Source: the human T2T-CHM13v2.0 reference genome, Homo sapiens. Taken from it: a stretch of 64,000 nucleotides of DNA. Of this stretch, positions 22,086 to 53,539 are shown in pieces. Numbering within the stretch: the stretch's first letter is position 1; the number at the start of each line of letters is the position of its first letter. The translations under genes were made by a program, and so were the position numbers. The notes under the pieces were generated by a model that was given only the letters and a program-made list of their open reading frames with translations, was not told where the DNA came from and did no database searches. The stretch is taken from NCBI RefSeq assembly GCF_009914755.1, contig NC_060927.1. One strand, 5' to 3'.

Positions 22086-22515
22086 TGTGTCGCCTTTTTT
22101 TTATTTTTATTTTTTGCATTACTATAAAGAAATACCCAAGACTGGGTAATTTATAAAGAAAAGAGGTTTACTGGCTCAGGTTCTGGAAGCTGTATATGAA
22201 GCATAGTACTGGAGTCTGCTCGTCTTATGGTGAGGTCCTCAAGGATGCTTATAATCACAGCAGAACGTGAAGGTGAGCCAGTGAATCACATGGTGAGAGA
22301 AGGAGCAAGGGGGCAGGGATGCCATACTTTAAAAAATAACCAGATATCTTGTGAATTCAAAGTGAGAATTCACTTGTTACTGCAAGGAGGATACCAAGCC
22401 ACTCACGAGGTATCTGTCCCCATGACCCAAACACTTCCCACCAGGCCCCACTTCCGACACTGGGGATTACATTTCAAAATGAAATTTAAAGGGGACAAAC
22501 ATCCAAACCATATCA
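22086..22515 (-). mobile_element. MST-family (ERVL-MaLR) solo LTR
   Basis: TG...CA ends, 5-bp TSD atgac (22081-22085 and 22516-22520), gactgggtaatttataaagaaaagagg motif. Confidence 0.9.
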
Positions 22516-24104
22516 ATGACCATACTGTCAAAAGCAATATACAAATTCAATGTAATCCCTATCAAAATATCAATGTCAGTTCTCACAGCAACAGAAAAAA
22601 CAATCCTAAAGTGTGCATGGAACCAAAAGAGAACTGGAATAGCCAAAGCAAAGTTAAGCAAAACAAACAAACAAATGAACGAAACAAAACAAAAACAAAG
22701 CTGAAGGCATTACAGCCTGACTTCAAATTATATTACAAGGCTATATTCGCCAACAGAACAAAGTATTGGTATAAAAATAACCACACATACCAATTGAACA
22801 GAATAGATAACCCAGAAATAAATCCACATATTTACAGCCAACTGATGTTTGACAAAGGTGTCAAGAATATACACTGCGGGATGGACACCTCCCTTCACTA
22901 AATGATACTGGAAAAACTGGATATCCATATGCAGAAGAATGAATCTGAACCCCTATCTCTCACGTTATATAAAAATCAACTCAAGATAAAGACTTAACTG
23001 TAAGACCTGAACCTATAAAACTAGTAGAAGAAAACACAGGAAAAACAATTCAGGACACTGGTCTAGGCAAATAATTTATAGCCAAGACATCAAAAGCACA
23101 GACAACAAAAACAAACAAATAAAAAAGGCAAACAAGATACATTAAACTAAAAATAAAAAAGCACAGCAAGCAAAGAAAACAACAGAGTGAAGAGACAACC
23201 TCTTGAATGAGAGAAAATATTTGCAAACTATTCATCCAACAGAAGACTAATACTGAAAATAAACAACTCAACAATGAAAAAAAAACATAATCGCATTAAA
23301 AAGTGAGCAAAGCACATGAATAGTCAATTCTCAAAAGAAAACTTAAATGGCCAACAGGTATATGAAAAAGTGCTCAACATCCATAATCATCCAGAAAATA
23401 CAAATTAAATGGGCAATGAGATATCATTCACCCCAGTTGGAATGGCTATTATTAAAGAGAAGAAAAACAACAGATACTGGTGAGGATCTGGAGAAAAGAG
23501 AACTTCTATACACTGTTGGTGGGAATGTAAATTAGTACAACCACCATGGAAAACAGTGTGGAGATTTTTCAAAAAACTAAAAATAGAACTACCATATGAT
23601 CCAGCAATCCCACTACTACGTATTTATCCAAAGGAAAAGAAATCAGTATATCAAAGGGATACCCACACTTGCATGTTTATCACAGCACTATTCACAATTG
23701 CAAAGATATGGAATCAATCTAAGTGTCCATCAATAGATGAATGGATAAAGAAAATGCAGCATATACATATAACAGGATACTATTTGGTTATAAAAAATTA
23801 AAGTCATTTGCAACAGCATGAATAGAACTGGACATCCTTATATTAAGTGTAATAACTCAGGAACAGAAAAACAAATACATTTTCTCACTCTTATCTGTGA
23901 GCTAAAAAACCTGATCTCATGGTGATAGGGAATAGAATGATAGATGCCAGAGGGAGAAAAGCGTGTGAGGAGGAAACAGAGAGGTTGGGTAAATAGTTAT
24001 AAACTTACAGTTAGATAGAAGAAATAAGTTCTAATGTTCGATAGCAGGCTTGGGTGACTACAGTTAACATCAATATATTATATATTTCAAAATAGCTAGG
24101 AGAG

Positions 24105-24421
<317 letters not shown>

Positions 24422-25149
24422 CTAGGAGAGGACTTGAAATGGTACCAACACACAGAAATGATAAATACTCAAGGTAAGAGATACCCCAAATACCCTGACT
24501 TGATCATTACACATTCTATGCATGTAAAAATATTCACATGTACCCCATAAAAATGTGAACTACTATGTATCCATAAAAGCAAAAAGTGATACCTCTAATA
24601 AATAAAAAACCGAATTCCTACTATCTGGCTTTAGCTGAAAAATCTAATACATCTTAATAATAATTAACAAATATAAATGTGATTTATGTGAATCACTGTA
24701 AAATCCAATTTTGTACGAGTTTTAAAACGGAAAGATAAAAATTTTCAAATTACCAGCATGTAAGTATATCCTCAATAAATACTTTATCATGACTAATCCA
24801 GATAGTATTTCATCTAGTAACCACTGACATAAATGTTATTGTTGGAATATACTTTGGCTTCATGAGTATCTCATTTAAGCATCTCTCATAATGAGTGATG
24901 TCTCAGATAATGTAATGGAGAGGTCTGACTCAATCTAAAAAGATTATCCCAGATTAAGAGAATATAACAGGCCCATTAAAAAACTACTAGTACAATTCTA
25001 TAACTTACTGGATCAGCAGTAAGAAATCGATAATAAAAATAGCCAGAAACGAATTATATGACCAGGGTTGTCCAAACTGAAAAAGTGTAACTGTTACTGA
25101 GTAATCTTTTCCCAGACATTTCAGTATCATAAACTTCTGACTATATAAA

Positions 25150-25690
<541 letters not shown>

Positions 25691-26204
25691 ACATTTGCTC
25701 TTGTCCCCAATAGATCGAACTGCAGGGTTCAGTCATTGTATATTTTCTTTGTTACATTTTTGCATATTACAAATTCATTACAATTTCTGGAGTCATCCCA
25801 ATTTTTTAATTATTCATTTGTCTTTTGGCACTTGTCATTTCTAATTCTATTTTCTTTAACATTTTCTGTTTACCTTTCTCATCTTGGAGCAGTTTCCACA
25901 GTGATGTATGCAACACAAATGGAGTGGTGTATTGTAAGAAAATATTAGAACTTCTATTTCTATTTATTTTTATCTACAAAAAGAAAGAAATTAATTGCTG
26001 CTAATATTTAATATACAGAATAAGCCTGGTATGCCCTCACTTGGTCCATATTTCAGACTGCTTTGTGTCACAAAACAAATTTAACAGAGTAGCAAAGAGT
26101 TCAATACTCAAAGGAGCTGACAGTAGAAATGGCATTCCTCACTGGTTTCTTAGGTTATTTTAAGTTACATATGACCACTTCAATGACTTTAAGCCTAATA
26201 GTGT

Positions 26205-27872
<1,668 letters not shown>

Positions 27873-29262
27873 TGTTTTAGTGATGGGATATACAATTGAA
27901 ACAATTTAGAGACTTTAACTTGGGACTGGAGATAATTTGAGCTTTCCCCTATCATATCCGTAATATTTCCTTTTCTCAGTTTGTATACTATTTAACCATT
28001 TTTATACTTATTAATGATGTTAATCCTTTGATTAAATAAATGCTGAAATGGATAAATTTAGAGAAGTACATACGATTAGACAGGAAAAGAGAAAAAATCT
28101 GCAAGGTTAAGTTATCACGGGAGAAGAGCACAATACACAAAAATCACGCAATTTATCAATGTAATGCAAAAGAACAAGCAAGAATTAAAGGCACTAAATG
28201 AATATATTAAATGTGTTTTGTTATAAAAATTTCCCTACATAAAAGTCATACTTAAAACATATGAAAACTATGCAATCTGACCTTGGAAACATAACAAAGA
28301 CTTTACATATGAAGGTGCAATTCCAAAAATGTGGGGAAGAAATATCAATTTGCTTTAGCTTTCTACAGCTAGCTCTATCAAGAGCGAAGTGTATGTATTG
28401 ACTGAACAGCCCATAGATTGCTCTGGGAAATAATTTATTTTTAAATTAGGTTGACATTACAATCACAAAGCACTGCTATGTGCAGGTTTATAGGTATTTT
28501 AAAAAGATTATTAACCAACATTGTAATAATCTGTTTGTAACAAAGAATAGGAACCAAAGTGTACTTCTCAGGCAACAACTTACTTTTAGATCACTTTACT
28601 GAAAATCTTAACAGCTTCAAACTAACTCATCTCACCTTTACCTTACTTTGCTGTAATACAATATATTAATTTTAATAAAATTTAAATGATTATTCCTTGA
28701 GAATTAGACATTGTTCTAGATTCTTGGGACCCAATGGTTCTTGTCATCAGATCTTTTAGAATATTATAAAATACAATTTAATAAAGCTAACCTCCTCAAC
28801 TCCCACAAAACCAAATGACATATATAGTCTTTTGAAGAAAAAAATGTAATAAACTTCTTAAAATAAGTTATATTTCACAATATACATGCATTTAAACCAA
28901 GTTTCTCGGGTATATACACAGTAACAAAAGGAATAATATCTTCCTCAAGTGACAGAAGATAAAATGGATAGCCTCAAATATCTAGTAAGTATTTTCACTT
29001 TAAATACCTTCATATCATAATCAAACTGTGTTACTTTACTATCAAACAAAAAAAAAAAACTAGAATGGTGATTTTAAAAAAGTCTTCTTTGATGAAGCTG
29101 ATCATCTCAAATATTGCGAGAAAATATATTTAGGTATATGAAATGCCTTTTCAGTAATTTCACTTGCAACGTAACTCATTCTTACTTTTCTTAATAGTTT
29201 ACTATTCCTTCAACATACCATAATAGTTAACAATATTTACAGGAGTATTTTAAGTATATATT

Positions 29263-29546
29263 TGGCCAGGCATGGTGGCTCATGTCTGTAATTCGAGCAC
29301 TTTGGGAGGCTGAGGTGGTTGGATCACCTGAGGTCAGGAGTTCCAGATCAGCCTGGACAACATGGAGAAATCCTGTCTCTACTAGTAATACAAAAATTAG
29401 CTGGGCGTGGTGGCACACCCCTGTAATCCCAGCTACTTGGGAGGCTGAGGCATGAGAACTGCTTGAACCGGGGAGGTAGAGGTTAAAGTAAGCTGAGACA
29501 ATGCCACTGCGCTCCAGTCTGGGCGACAGAGTGAAACTGTGTCTCC

Positions 29547-29575
<29 letters not shown>
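29263..29575 (+). mobile_element. Alu (S-like) with long A-tail
   Basis: Dimeric Alu and an A run of about 29 nt. Confidence 0.92.
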
Positions 29576-29578
<3 letters not shown>

Positions 29579-30257
29579 ATATATTTATTTTCCTGAATTT
29601 CTCAACTTCTAGTTATTTAATAATCCTAAAACAAAAGTAATGCTTTCTTGTTATATGTGCATTTTCACAGTGTCTTTATTTCTGTTTTTATCTCATTCCA
29701 TTTTCATACGTGAAGAGTTTTACTAAGTTAATTCTTGGCTTTCTGTTAATTTTCTTTAAACTAGTAGTTCCCAAGCTTTGGTATACATTAGAATCACCTG
29801 ATGAACTTTCAAAAATCCCAATACCCGGGTCACACACTGTTTGTCTTAACATATGTGTTTGTATGACGTTTTCCAAGTTAAAATTAATAATAATAAAACC
29901 CCGTGCCCACTCCCTGTCAAAGAGCAGACCTAGAAAACAACCAATATTTTAGTGCTGAAAGTCAAGAAAAAGAAACACATACCAAAAATAGAAATGTTAT
30001 TTAAATCAAAAGGCAGATTGTTAAAACTGGAATTAATGGTAGCCTAATACATAATATAAATTCATTTCACCATAAATACAATACAGAAATAAAACTGTGG
30101 AAATGTTTCTGCATTTACAATCACTGTAAAACTGCTCAAGAGAATATTTCTGTGAAAATGAGAAAGGTGATTAATTTGTGAAGCCAAGCAAAGAAAACAT
30201 GTATTCTAAATGAAAATAAGAATACTTTCAAGTAGAGTATCCCAAATAGAAGCTTAA

Positions 30258-30261
<4 letters not shown>

Positions 30262-30312
<51 letters not shown>
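30262..30312. repeat. (CA)~25 microsatellite
   Basis: Read directly. Confidence 0.97.
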
Positions 30313-30313
<1 letters not shown>

Positions 30314-30842
30314 AGGGGTTTGGGAGAATTTCCACGTAAAATAATTTTGGGAAATTCTGGGTTAAATGAAGGTAAGCAGGGCTTTTCTTAATTAGGATGT
30401 CTTGGAATCTTAAATAACATAATGTGATTTTATAATCTCTGAGACAGGTATAATATGTGGTCCTGCTTAGAATTCACTGACCTCCAAACTGTTTTCCCCT
30501 TAAAGCATTTAATGCAACTAGCATTCCACAAACAGAAAACTGTTGGAGATGCATTTATAAATTTGGGAATTTGAGATGGTCTTCAAAATAAATATCAAGA
30601 ATCTACTTTTACCTCATATCACTAATTTTCTTAGCCTGCCAGTAATTATTCAATACTCCACACAACATAATCAAATCTCCAAAGATCATTAATTTTGGAA
30701 TTAGTACCACAGATTATCATATATAATTAAAAAATAGATTTTCAGTTACACTAAACATCAAATCAAAACAAAACCTGAGATAATCAACATATTCATCATG
30801 TGAAAGTATAAGTAAGCAATTTGTATGAATATTGGAATGCTA

Positions 30843-30944
<102 letters not shown>

Positions 30945-33206
30945 TTAATCTTTCAATTAATCTTTCAGATCAATTTCCACTCTCTCAAGCATTAACAAGT
31001 TATCTGTGAGAATCCCAAAAGAATAACCTTCCAACATATATTTTATATTAAAACATAAAATGTTGTTTGATCAGGCCCTTCTGACAGGACAGTACTCCTA
31101 AGAAGGAAAAGGAAGAATTTTGAAATTGCCGTTTTTAACTATAAATAATTCCATAATTAGACATAACATCAGAAATCTACCATAAAGTTCTAGATAGTTT
31201 AAATTACGTTAAATTGCTGATAAAAGTATATAATTTGGTACAATCTCTATGGTATGCAGTTTGGTAAATGTCTGCCAAAACTACAAATTTACATACTCTT
31301 TGATCCACAGATTGTACCTGTAGCAAAACATCCACTGACTAACACATGTGCAAAGTAATGAATGTAAAAGGTTATCCCTGAAGCACTGTTTGTAATAAAA
31401 AAAAAAAAAAAGGAAAGAAAGCCTATATGCTCATAAAGATCAGATGAAATAAATAAAAAGGTGATATTAATGACGATGGTGGTGGCAGCTAACATTTGGG
31501 TGCTTACTATCTCCCAGGCACTTGATGCTTATACATTTAATCTTTACAACAGCCTTATGAAGAATGTACTATTATTTCTGAGACAAGAGGCATCTAGAGG
31601 TTTAGCAACTTGCAAAAAAAGTTTCCCGGTATCAGACCCATGGTTTACATGCAGGCAGACTGGCTACTATGATTAACCACTACTCTTTATTGACTCTCAA
31701 AGTCAATGGAATCTATCAAAACTATAGATGGAGCTATCAAAAAATAAGCTATCTATGGAAAGATCTATAGGATATATTCAAACACAAAAAAGAATGGATA
31801 CTGAAATATATTTGATTGAACATACATTAAAATATTTCTAGAAAGATACTCTAGTAAAACTGGTTGCCTCCAAGAAAGAGAAATGGGCAGTTGAGGTTTA
31901 GAAAAATAAGGGAGGCTATATTCATACTTTTTGCACTTTAAAAATTTGAACTACATGAATATATTACCCAAACAAAATTATGAATAAATACATTTCAAAT
32001 AAAAAATAAAATGTAAAAAACTAAACTGAAAGACACTGCTCTTAAACACTATCAGGCATTTGTATAGTCCTTATCAATATGCACTCAGTAGAAGGCAAGA
32101 ATAAGAATCCTTAACACAAGTTTGCCAGAAATACTGTGTTTTTGTTATCTGCTATCACAGGGCACAAAAGACGGAATATAAGGCTGGAAAACACGCTCTT
32201 GTATAAATATCTATATAGACAACAATAAAAACAGACTGTAATTGTAGTTGCAGTGATTACAACATACGTTAGAAGCCTCAGGAAATAAGTCATCCTAGAG
32301 TGGCTCAATGTCTTTAGAGTAAGACATAGTAGGGTTTCTCAGCTCCATCAGTTACCGGATATGGGACACTAGAAAAGTCACTTAGTCTCTATGAAACTAG
32401 GATTTCTAATCTTTTAAGTGGTGATAATATCACTGCAGAGCAGAGAGCCTTTCTTCAATGTTCTAACTGCTACTGCCTGGAACATTACTTAGCACATGGG
32501 AAACATTCAAACAAATAAGGATGATAAGAGAATTAAATGAGATAACAAATGTAAAGTATTTGGCATTGCACCTGTAACATAAAAGATACTCAGTATTAGA
32601 CTCTCCTACTTTGGGCATTCATTTTTTTTTCTGATACATTATCGTGCCCATTTTGGAAGCAAGCTAAAAGCTCCAGTTCCTAAGTTGAGTTCTACAGGAA
32701 GTCAGATTCCTACGTATGCACAGATTCAAATACTGTTTCAAGAGACGAGCTACCTCTTTTATCCCAAAACCAGGGAAAGTAATTCCAGAGGTTTTCCCAT
32801 CACCTAGACCTATAGCATCCACCTCCAGAGTAGACATATCAGGTCCAACAGCACTAAACACCCTGTTCAAAATGCCTAGTACCTATCATAGGGGTAAGTT
32901 AAGACAATGATGAGGTAAATTGTCAGAAAAGTCAAGAAGGACCCAGCAAACTTTCTTATCCTCATATATATGAACCACACAGTTTAGAGAAATGTCTCAA
33001 CCCTGTCCCTCCTCAGTCATTTTCAATTCTCCTCCTCTATTCTATGATGTCAGCCAGGGCATAAACTCCAAGCCTTCTATACATCCCTCCAACTAGGTAC
33101 ACAAGTACACAGAAGACTGAAAGTAGACAGAACTTTACTCAGCAGCAAAACAATTTATCCAAATATAACACAAGGCTCTTTTAAGTTTATATTAATAATA
33201 GCTTTT

Positions 33207-34095
<889 letters not shown>

Positions 34096-35849
34096 ATTTT
34101 TAGTTTCATTTTTATATAACCTAGCCTGATAAACAGCAAACTGTAAATCAAGACTAGACATAAATATGGATGGATTGGTAGAAAAAATCTGAGTCAGGAT
34201 AGGAGAAGAAATGTTGAGTCTACTAAAACTGAGAAGGATTCACTAAACAAATATCAGTATACCAGAAATGTAGAACTTAACAGTTACCTAGTAATGCAGT
34301 GACTACATTTAAGAGTCTTTTTCAAGATTTGAGGAGGGGGTCTGGGGAAGAGGTAAAGAAAGAGACACTTTGATACCTTTCAAGCTTAATCGTAAATATC
34401 TTGGGATGCATGGGATCTGTCTAAACAGTATGTGCAAAAAGGAAAAAAAAAACCCTCACAAATTATGAATAAAGATACATTTTTGATACTTATAAATTTT
34501 TTAGAATGCCTTGAAAACAGAAATTGCTGTGATTACATCTCCAATGATGAGTCTGTCTCTAGATGGCAGCCTTCACTTTATAACAGTCCTTGTGGGGGAG
34601 GAAAAAAAACTAATGTATTTTTTCCTTTCTAAATACAAAAGATAAGTAAAACATTAAAGTAAATGTTTTTAAAAATCACGTATTGGCACATAACATGTGA
34701 GTACCGGTTAACTAATCTTTCAAGACTGCACAGGATGCAGTCCATCTACACCAAGAACAGAAACTTTACCAAATACTAGAATATCAAATTGTAGAGCTTG
34801 TTTGAGCCATGCTAGTATAGCCCAGGGCCAAAAGCAAGCACTATCCTAGCTAGAGCTATAGAACTGTTCAAAGATGTCCAAAGTATTTTCACCATATCTT
34901 CAAGAACTATTAAAATAAGTTCATATCAGTGCTAATGTTGTTCACGTAAGACTTAGAAGAAATGACTGTAAGAAAAATAATGTCTGTCTGCCACCTCAGT
35001 TCTATTACGACTATTAATAGGATTCAAGATAGGCAGGGTTTCTTGACCTGTGGCACATGGACTCCAAAGTACCTATGAACCATTTTAAAACATACGAAAA
35101 TTCATGTCTATGTATTTTTGTAGAGAAAGTCCCAAAATTTTCAGGATATTATTAAAGAAAATCGAGAACTCAGGCAAAAATTACACATTAGAGACAAAAT
35201 GTCAACCAAAAAATTTTAGTCATAGGGAACTAAAGGGAGAAATAAAATGATAACAATAAAAAGTAATTCTAGAGAAGATTGTTACCTTTCATCGCATGGT
35301 ATGGAAAAGCAAGGAGTAGAAAACAGAGAGTAGAAAAGGCTGAACTCTTCTCCTTTCTAATTAATGAGGCCATGAGTGAAATAATCTGATATAGGGAGAG
35401 CCAGGTTTCATTTCTAAATTCAGGGTGAAAAAGCAAAGAGAAGCTGCCCACATTGTATACAAATCCATAAATTATAGAGCAAAAAGTTTTAGCAAGTACC
35501 TTGTTTATAGATGACATTGTATAATTGGCTCCAGTTACATAATTTAAGATTTAAATATTTGAGACTATTTAAGATTCTTTAGCAGTTTCTTATCAGACTG
35601 CATAAATGATCAAGTCCTGTTTCTTCAACCTGTGCTTCAAAGCTATGTCACTAGGGGTCCCAGATAATCTCAAGTATACTTTGAAGTCTCTCACAACTTT
35701 TGTCTGGTGCCACTAAGATTTTCTCAACTCATCTTTTGCCTAGAATACCTATTTTTCATTTTACAAAACTTTTATGTATGTGAGGAAAAGAACTGGTTGG
35801 GTTTAGTATTTCAGTCTCAAGGAATTTTTCTTAACTGAATTCCTATAGC

Positions 35850-39890
<4,041 letters not shown>

Positions 39891-39892
39891 CC

Positions 39893-40625
<733 letters not shown>

Positions 40626-41149
40626 TACTTGAGAGAAAGACATGAGAGAGAGACACTGAGAGAGAGAGAGGCTGAAATTGAAAAATATTAAGGCAAAATA
40701 CTTCATATTCCAATCTCTTATTTTATAATTTTTATCCTGTTCTCTGCATACCCAACAGGTTTTCTTTAAGTGTAAACCCATCAGGATTACTTGTGGTTTC
40801 TTTGTACACTCTACCTAAAACAGTACCTGCACGTCAGCCTACATTTGAAAGCTTTTTCAAAACCATGACAATAATAAGCAATTGAAATCTTCAAGTAGGC
40901 CCAAGAAAATCAAAACCTATGAAAGCAGAAATTACATTACAACAATATACAAAGTAAATATGCAAATTATGCCAAAAGCATCAAAGTTTCAAAATTATTC
41001 ATTTCCACAAAAAATTTTTTTGAAAAATTTCAGCATTAGAAGTTACATTTACACACACATATACATATCATCTGAGGGAGAAATCACTTTACATTTATAT
41101 ATACAAGTTCAGTTTATAATGATATTGTAAACAATATTATTTATACAAA

Positions 41150-47640
<6,491 letters not shown>

Positions 47641-47855
47641 TACAGTAGTTCTCAAAATGGGGTAATTTTGCTTCCCAAAATTGAACACTGGGAAACTTTT
47701 GCAGACATTTTTGCTTGTTACAACTGGAGGAGAGGGAGAAAGAAATGTGCTACTGGCATCTAACAGGTAGAGGCCAAAGGCACTTTATATTCAGTCTTTT
47801 GTATATATAAGATGTCACAATTTAAAAGGATTTAAGAAAGATAACACTGAACTAC

Positions 47856-47902
<47 letters not shown>
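47856..47902. repeat. (CTAT)~11 tetranucleotide STR
   Basis: Read directly. Confidence 0.96.
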
Positions 47903-47903
<1 letters not shown>

Positions 47904-50869
47904 ATACGTACACACTGTACAGGTGAGGAGATAAGAATTCATTAAAATAGATTGCTAAAGAGAATACTGATTAATATATAATAAAGCCATATAAGCACTT
48001 GTTAGTTTCTATCCCCCAGATGCAGATACTAAAACAAGGATGCCAGTGCAAGTAATTTATTTAGAAGGACAACCCACAAAATACCAGTAATGCAGTAGAG
48101 ACATGAAACAAGAAAAAGAAAAATAACAATTAAAAAAAAGCAGACAACAAAGAGTATGTTATCTAGCCAATTACAATTGTAGGTAACTGGAGCCTAATTA
48201 AGCTCCTTGAGAAACTGCAGTCAGAGTAGGCCATGCCCTTCAAAATGATCCCACTGATAGGCAAAGGAATTGGGGTATTTATACACTAACTCCCGGTCAG
48301 TCACTTGTTAAAGCCATGGTGCCCAAACTGTGCACTGAGATGTCCTGAGGGACTCACACAAAATGATATGGGTAATGTGGATATTTTAAATATTCAAAGG
48401 AAAACAATACAATATTTGATATTTGTCAAGTACCACAGGAACTATTAGCATGAGGCAACTTGCAATCTCAACATCTGGTCCTTTATTCCTGTTGATAATG
48501 CCCTATCTTTGAGAGGCTGAGTTTCAACAAGGGCTATCAAAAAACCAATATAAAACAGGAAATGAAGATAATTTCAAAATGTGAGAAGCTATACAATGCC
48601 CAACACATCTGTACACACATTAGTAAGTAACTGCAGTTATTTGAGACATGAATACAATTTTTTTCAATTATGTATGTCATTTTCTAAATGGCTACTAAGT
48701 TGTGAGGACCTAAATAAATAGTTTGGACATAACAACTTCCTGAAAAGAATGTTAGGTATTTCTTTTGGCTTACAGGTGCCATGAAAAAATCACTGAGATG
48801 CTAATTAGCCAGCGAACTGGGTTAAGTTCAGGAACTCTTAGATTAAGTGCTCCTAGGTGATTAATTCTCTGGCAATTCTGCACTCCTAGAAAGCCCTGAG
48901 GCATCCGGAACTTCTCTGTTAGGCACAAACAGAGCAAAATAGAAACATTCCTTGTTATATTCAACTAAGAAAGAAGGTTGCTTTTAACCACCAACTTTCA
49001 AGTTTGATCAACAACCCTTATTAAAAATAGGCACATCTGTCAATGAAAACTACTTATCAAAAACCATATATTTCTGAAATTAGTTATGTTTAAGTACATA
49101 CCAAAGTAAATATGTACGTGTATCAACAAGGTATACTTTGAATATATGGAGAACATATCTTCATTTTGCTATGCATAATTCCCTGAATACATGCTATAAT
49201 TCTGTGTTCTTAGTTCTCTCATAACTTATTCCAATAAACACTTATGAATTTACATAGCTTTAGAATGCAACTCTAAGTCAACAGTGTTTAAATCAACTTT
49301 ACCTTTGCATTTTTCCCACTTCATTGATACTGAATATATCTATTACTACTACATATTGAGTTAGCCAATTCTGAGGTTTCCAATGGTAAACAGAATTCAC
49401 TCCAGCTGGTTCAAATGAAGAGACTACAGACGTTTCAGCAGAGTTAGAAAAACAACTATGGGTGCTAATGCAACTTGAGATAGCTAAATTAGAAAACCAA
49501 TACTGCACCTTAGGGCTTGGCTCAAGAGCCAAGATGAGAAAATAGTGATAATAGGGATACTGGAGCCAATGAAGGAGGAGTTGTTCATACTATTCACTCA
49601 TGAGAAGATGTTTCACTTTGTTCTGTCATTGTTGGTGATACCACTTCTAGCCGGGAACTTGGGTGGGGACGGGGCGAATTGTGATTTTTTTTTTTCCTGC
49701 CTTTCCTTGCTCTCTTCCCACTTCAGGTCAATTTTTAAAACACTCTTTTGGTCCTTGGTTCTTACGCAGCTTTAGGGGAAAATGGGCTCACACAGTAAAA
49801 TGCCAATCTAGATTTTGGATATTAATGTGCAAGACAAGGAGTCCTTATAAAATGCAAATCTTATCTCAACATATATTAGAGATAGCAGCCTTTGTAATAC
49901 AAAAAAATTTCCCCCACTTGTCCCTTGTCGTTTGACTTTCCCTATAATGTGTCTCCATCTTACAAATTTTTTGTTTTCTTATGTCATTTATGAGTCTTTG
50001 CTAACTTATAGATTTTGAGTCAGTTAATTGTGAGTCAGTTAATAAAAAGGTCTTCCCCACTCCGTGGTTATAAAGGAATTCTTAGTTTTCATTGAGTGCT
50101 TTTACTATTTTTCTTTGTATTTGTTGTTTGTTTTTGCCCTTAAACTCTTGATGCACTGGAAATTTATCCTGGTTTACACCATCACAGTGAAATGTAAATC
50201 TGAAAGAATTTTCCCCCTCACTTTTGTCTTGAAAAGGAGGTCTTTAAATCTTCTAACTGGCTGTAGGATAGTAATTTTTCTCTATAAATTCTGTATCTCA
50301 ATATATTATGGAATTATTTTATTGCTTATAATAGTTTTGCAAACTGATTCTCCTGAGTTTTCTAAACATGCTATATTATTTTGAATAACATCATTTTAAA
50401 AACAGTGATCATAATTACTTTTTATTGTCCAAATGTGTTGGCTTGCATATCCAATATAATGTTAAATAAGAATTGTGAGGCTGGGTATCCTTGTCTTGAC
50501 AGTGACAATGACTACTGATTTCCCTTGAGCATGACGCTGGCTTTGGGGTTAAAACATTTTTTTTTTTTTCATTTTTGTACTTTGACATAATTTTAGATTT
50601 ACAGAAAAGACAGCAAAGTACAAAGAACTTCTGAATACCTTCCACCCAAATTCTTCAGATGTAAACATTTACATCCGTTTTATCCTTCTTTCACTCTTCA
50701 TATACAGATGCATTTGTTCTGAATAAGTGTTTAGCTACAGACATGATATTCCTTTACTCTTTAATATTTCAGTGTGTATTTCCCCCAAATAAACCTATTA
50801 TACAACCACAGTATAGTACAATGTTCCAAAGCATAAGATATAACAATTGATACTACATGTATGTTCTAA

Positions 50870-51629
<760 letters not shown>

Positions 51630-52476
51630 TGACTATTTCATGACACTGACTTTTTTGCAGAGTACAGGATAGTTGTTTTGAAGAATATAACTCAATTCAA
51701 GCTTGTCTTATGTTTCTTCATGAGTAGATTCAGACTATGCACTTCTGGCAAGAATATCACAGAAGTGATGTTGAGTTCTTCTAAGGGCATATCAGAAAGC
51801 ACATGATAGCAATTAGCTCCGTAACTTGCAATGTTTGCTTTTATCATTTGTTAAGGTGCTATCTATCAAGTTTCTACATTGCAAAGTTTCTATTTTACCC
51901 TGTAAATAGTAGATATCTTGAAAGGAGACATTTTGAGACTGGGTAAATATTGTGCTCTTCATCAAACTTCTCCCCGACCCCACTAGTTTCACAGCCCACT
52001 TACTGAGTTCCCAAGTTACGTTGGTTAGTAATTTTACACCTTTCAGTGTGGTTGTTATTATGGTGTAAAGGTTATTTGTTCTGTTTGTATTCATTTTTAG
52101 GATATTCTCCCTCCATCTTTGTTGATTTTGTTTTCTTGGGGATTTGAAATATTAAGATAGCTCCAAAAGTCAGGACTATTCAAAAACTATAAAACTATAT
52201 TCAAATTCAGTATCATTCCCTCACCTCAATTCCCTCTAAACTTTCCGACACACACACACGCACGCACGCACAAACTCTCTCTCTCTCTCTCTCGCTCTTT
52301 AGGTAACCAATCTCGTTACCGTCAGGTTTTTCTTTCCTGTATTTCTTTTTGGTGAAATGAACCCTTATATTCCCTTCTTTCTTACAAAAAAAAAAAAAAA
52401 ACAACAACAACAAAGTTGCATACTGTAGATATTATTCTGCAATTTGTATTTTGCCCTAAAAACATATCCAGAGAAA

Positions 52477-52820
<344 letters not shown>

Positions 52821-53539
52821 TTACAGTAGCACAAAACTCCAACATGTGGCTATCCTATAGTTCATTCAATCACTGTCTTATATATGAACATTTGGATTGT
52901 TTCCAATATTTTCCAGTAACAAATAATGTTGCATTAATTTTGTGTACCTATTTTCTTACTGCTGAAGGTATATATTCAAGGTAAAATCCCAGAAGTAGGA
53001 TGGTTGAGTCAACAGATAAGACATAAATATAGATTTGGTAGATATTCCTGGATACCTTTACAAAAGAGTTTATCAATTTGTATTCTAACCAACAATGTAA
53101 CAGTGTCTGCTTTCCCCCGCCACAGCCTGAACAACAGAATGTTGTTATGATTTTAAACTTGTGCCAATCTGATAGGTAAAAAGAAATGGTAACTAAGTAT
53201 AGTTTTAATTAGTAAATCCCTTTTGTAATAAGTAAAAAATGTTTTCTTTTCATATGTTCTAAGATATGTTTACTAATGTCTCATAGGTACTTAGGTCTAT
53301 GTCAGGATTTTTATTATATTCTACTGATGTAAAAGACAGTGTGCTTTCTTTATAAATCATATTAAGAAAATATGCTTCTATGCCCCTTCAACAAAAATGT
53401 TTTAAGACCCATTTTGTCAAATGTCTTTTCAGGAACTGTAAAGGTAGTCAAAAGAAAAATGGGCAAAGGATAGGAACAAAGAATTCAAAGAAAAAACAGT
53501 AATGGTTCTCAACCCTCATTCATTAGAGAAATACAAATT

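Noticed and set aside
49299-49544. Open frames on both strands in non-repeat sequence, with a donor-like AAG|GTAAAG
   Set aside because: No recognisable homology, a weak acceptor, and a length expected by chance.
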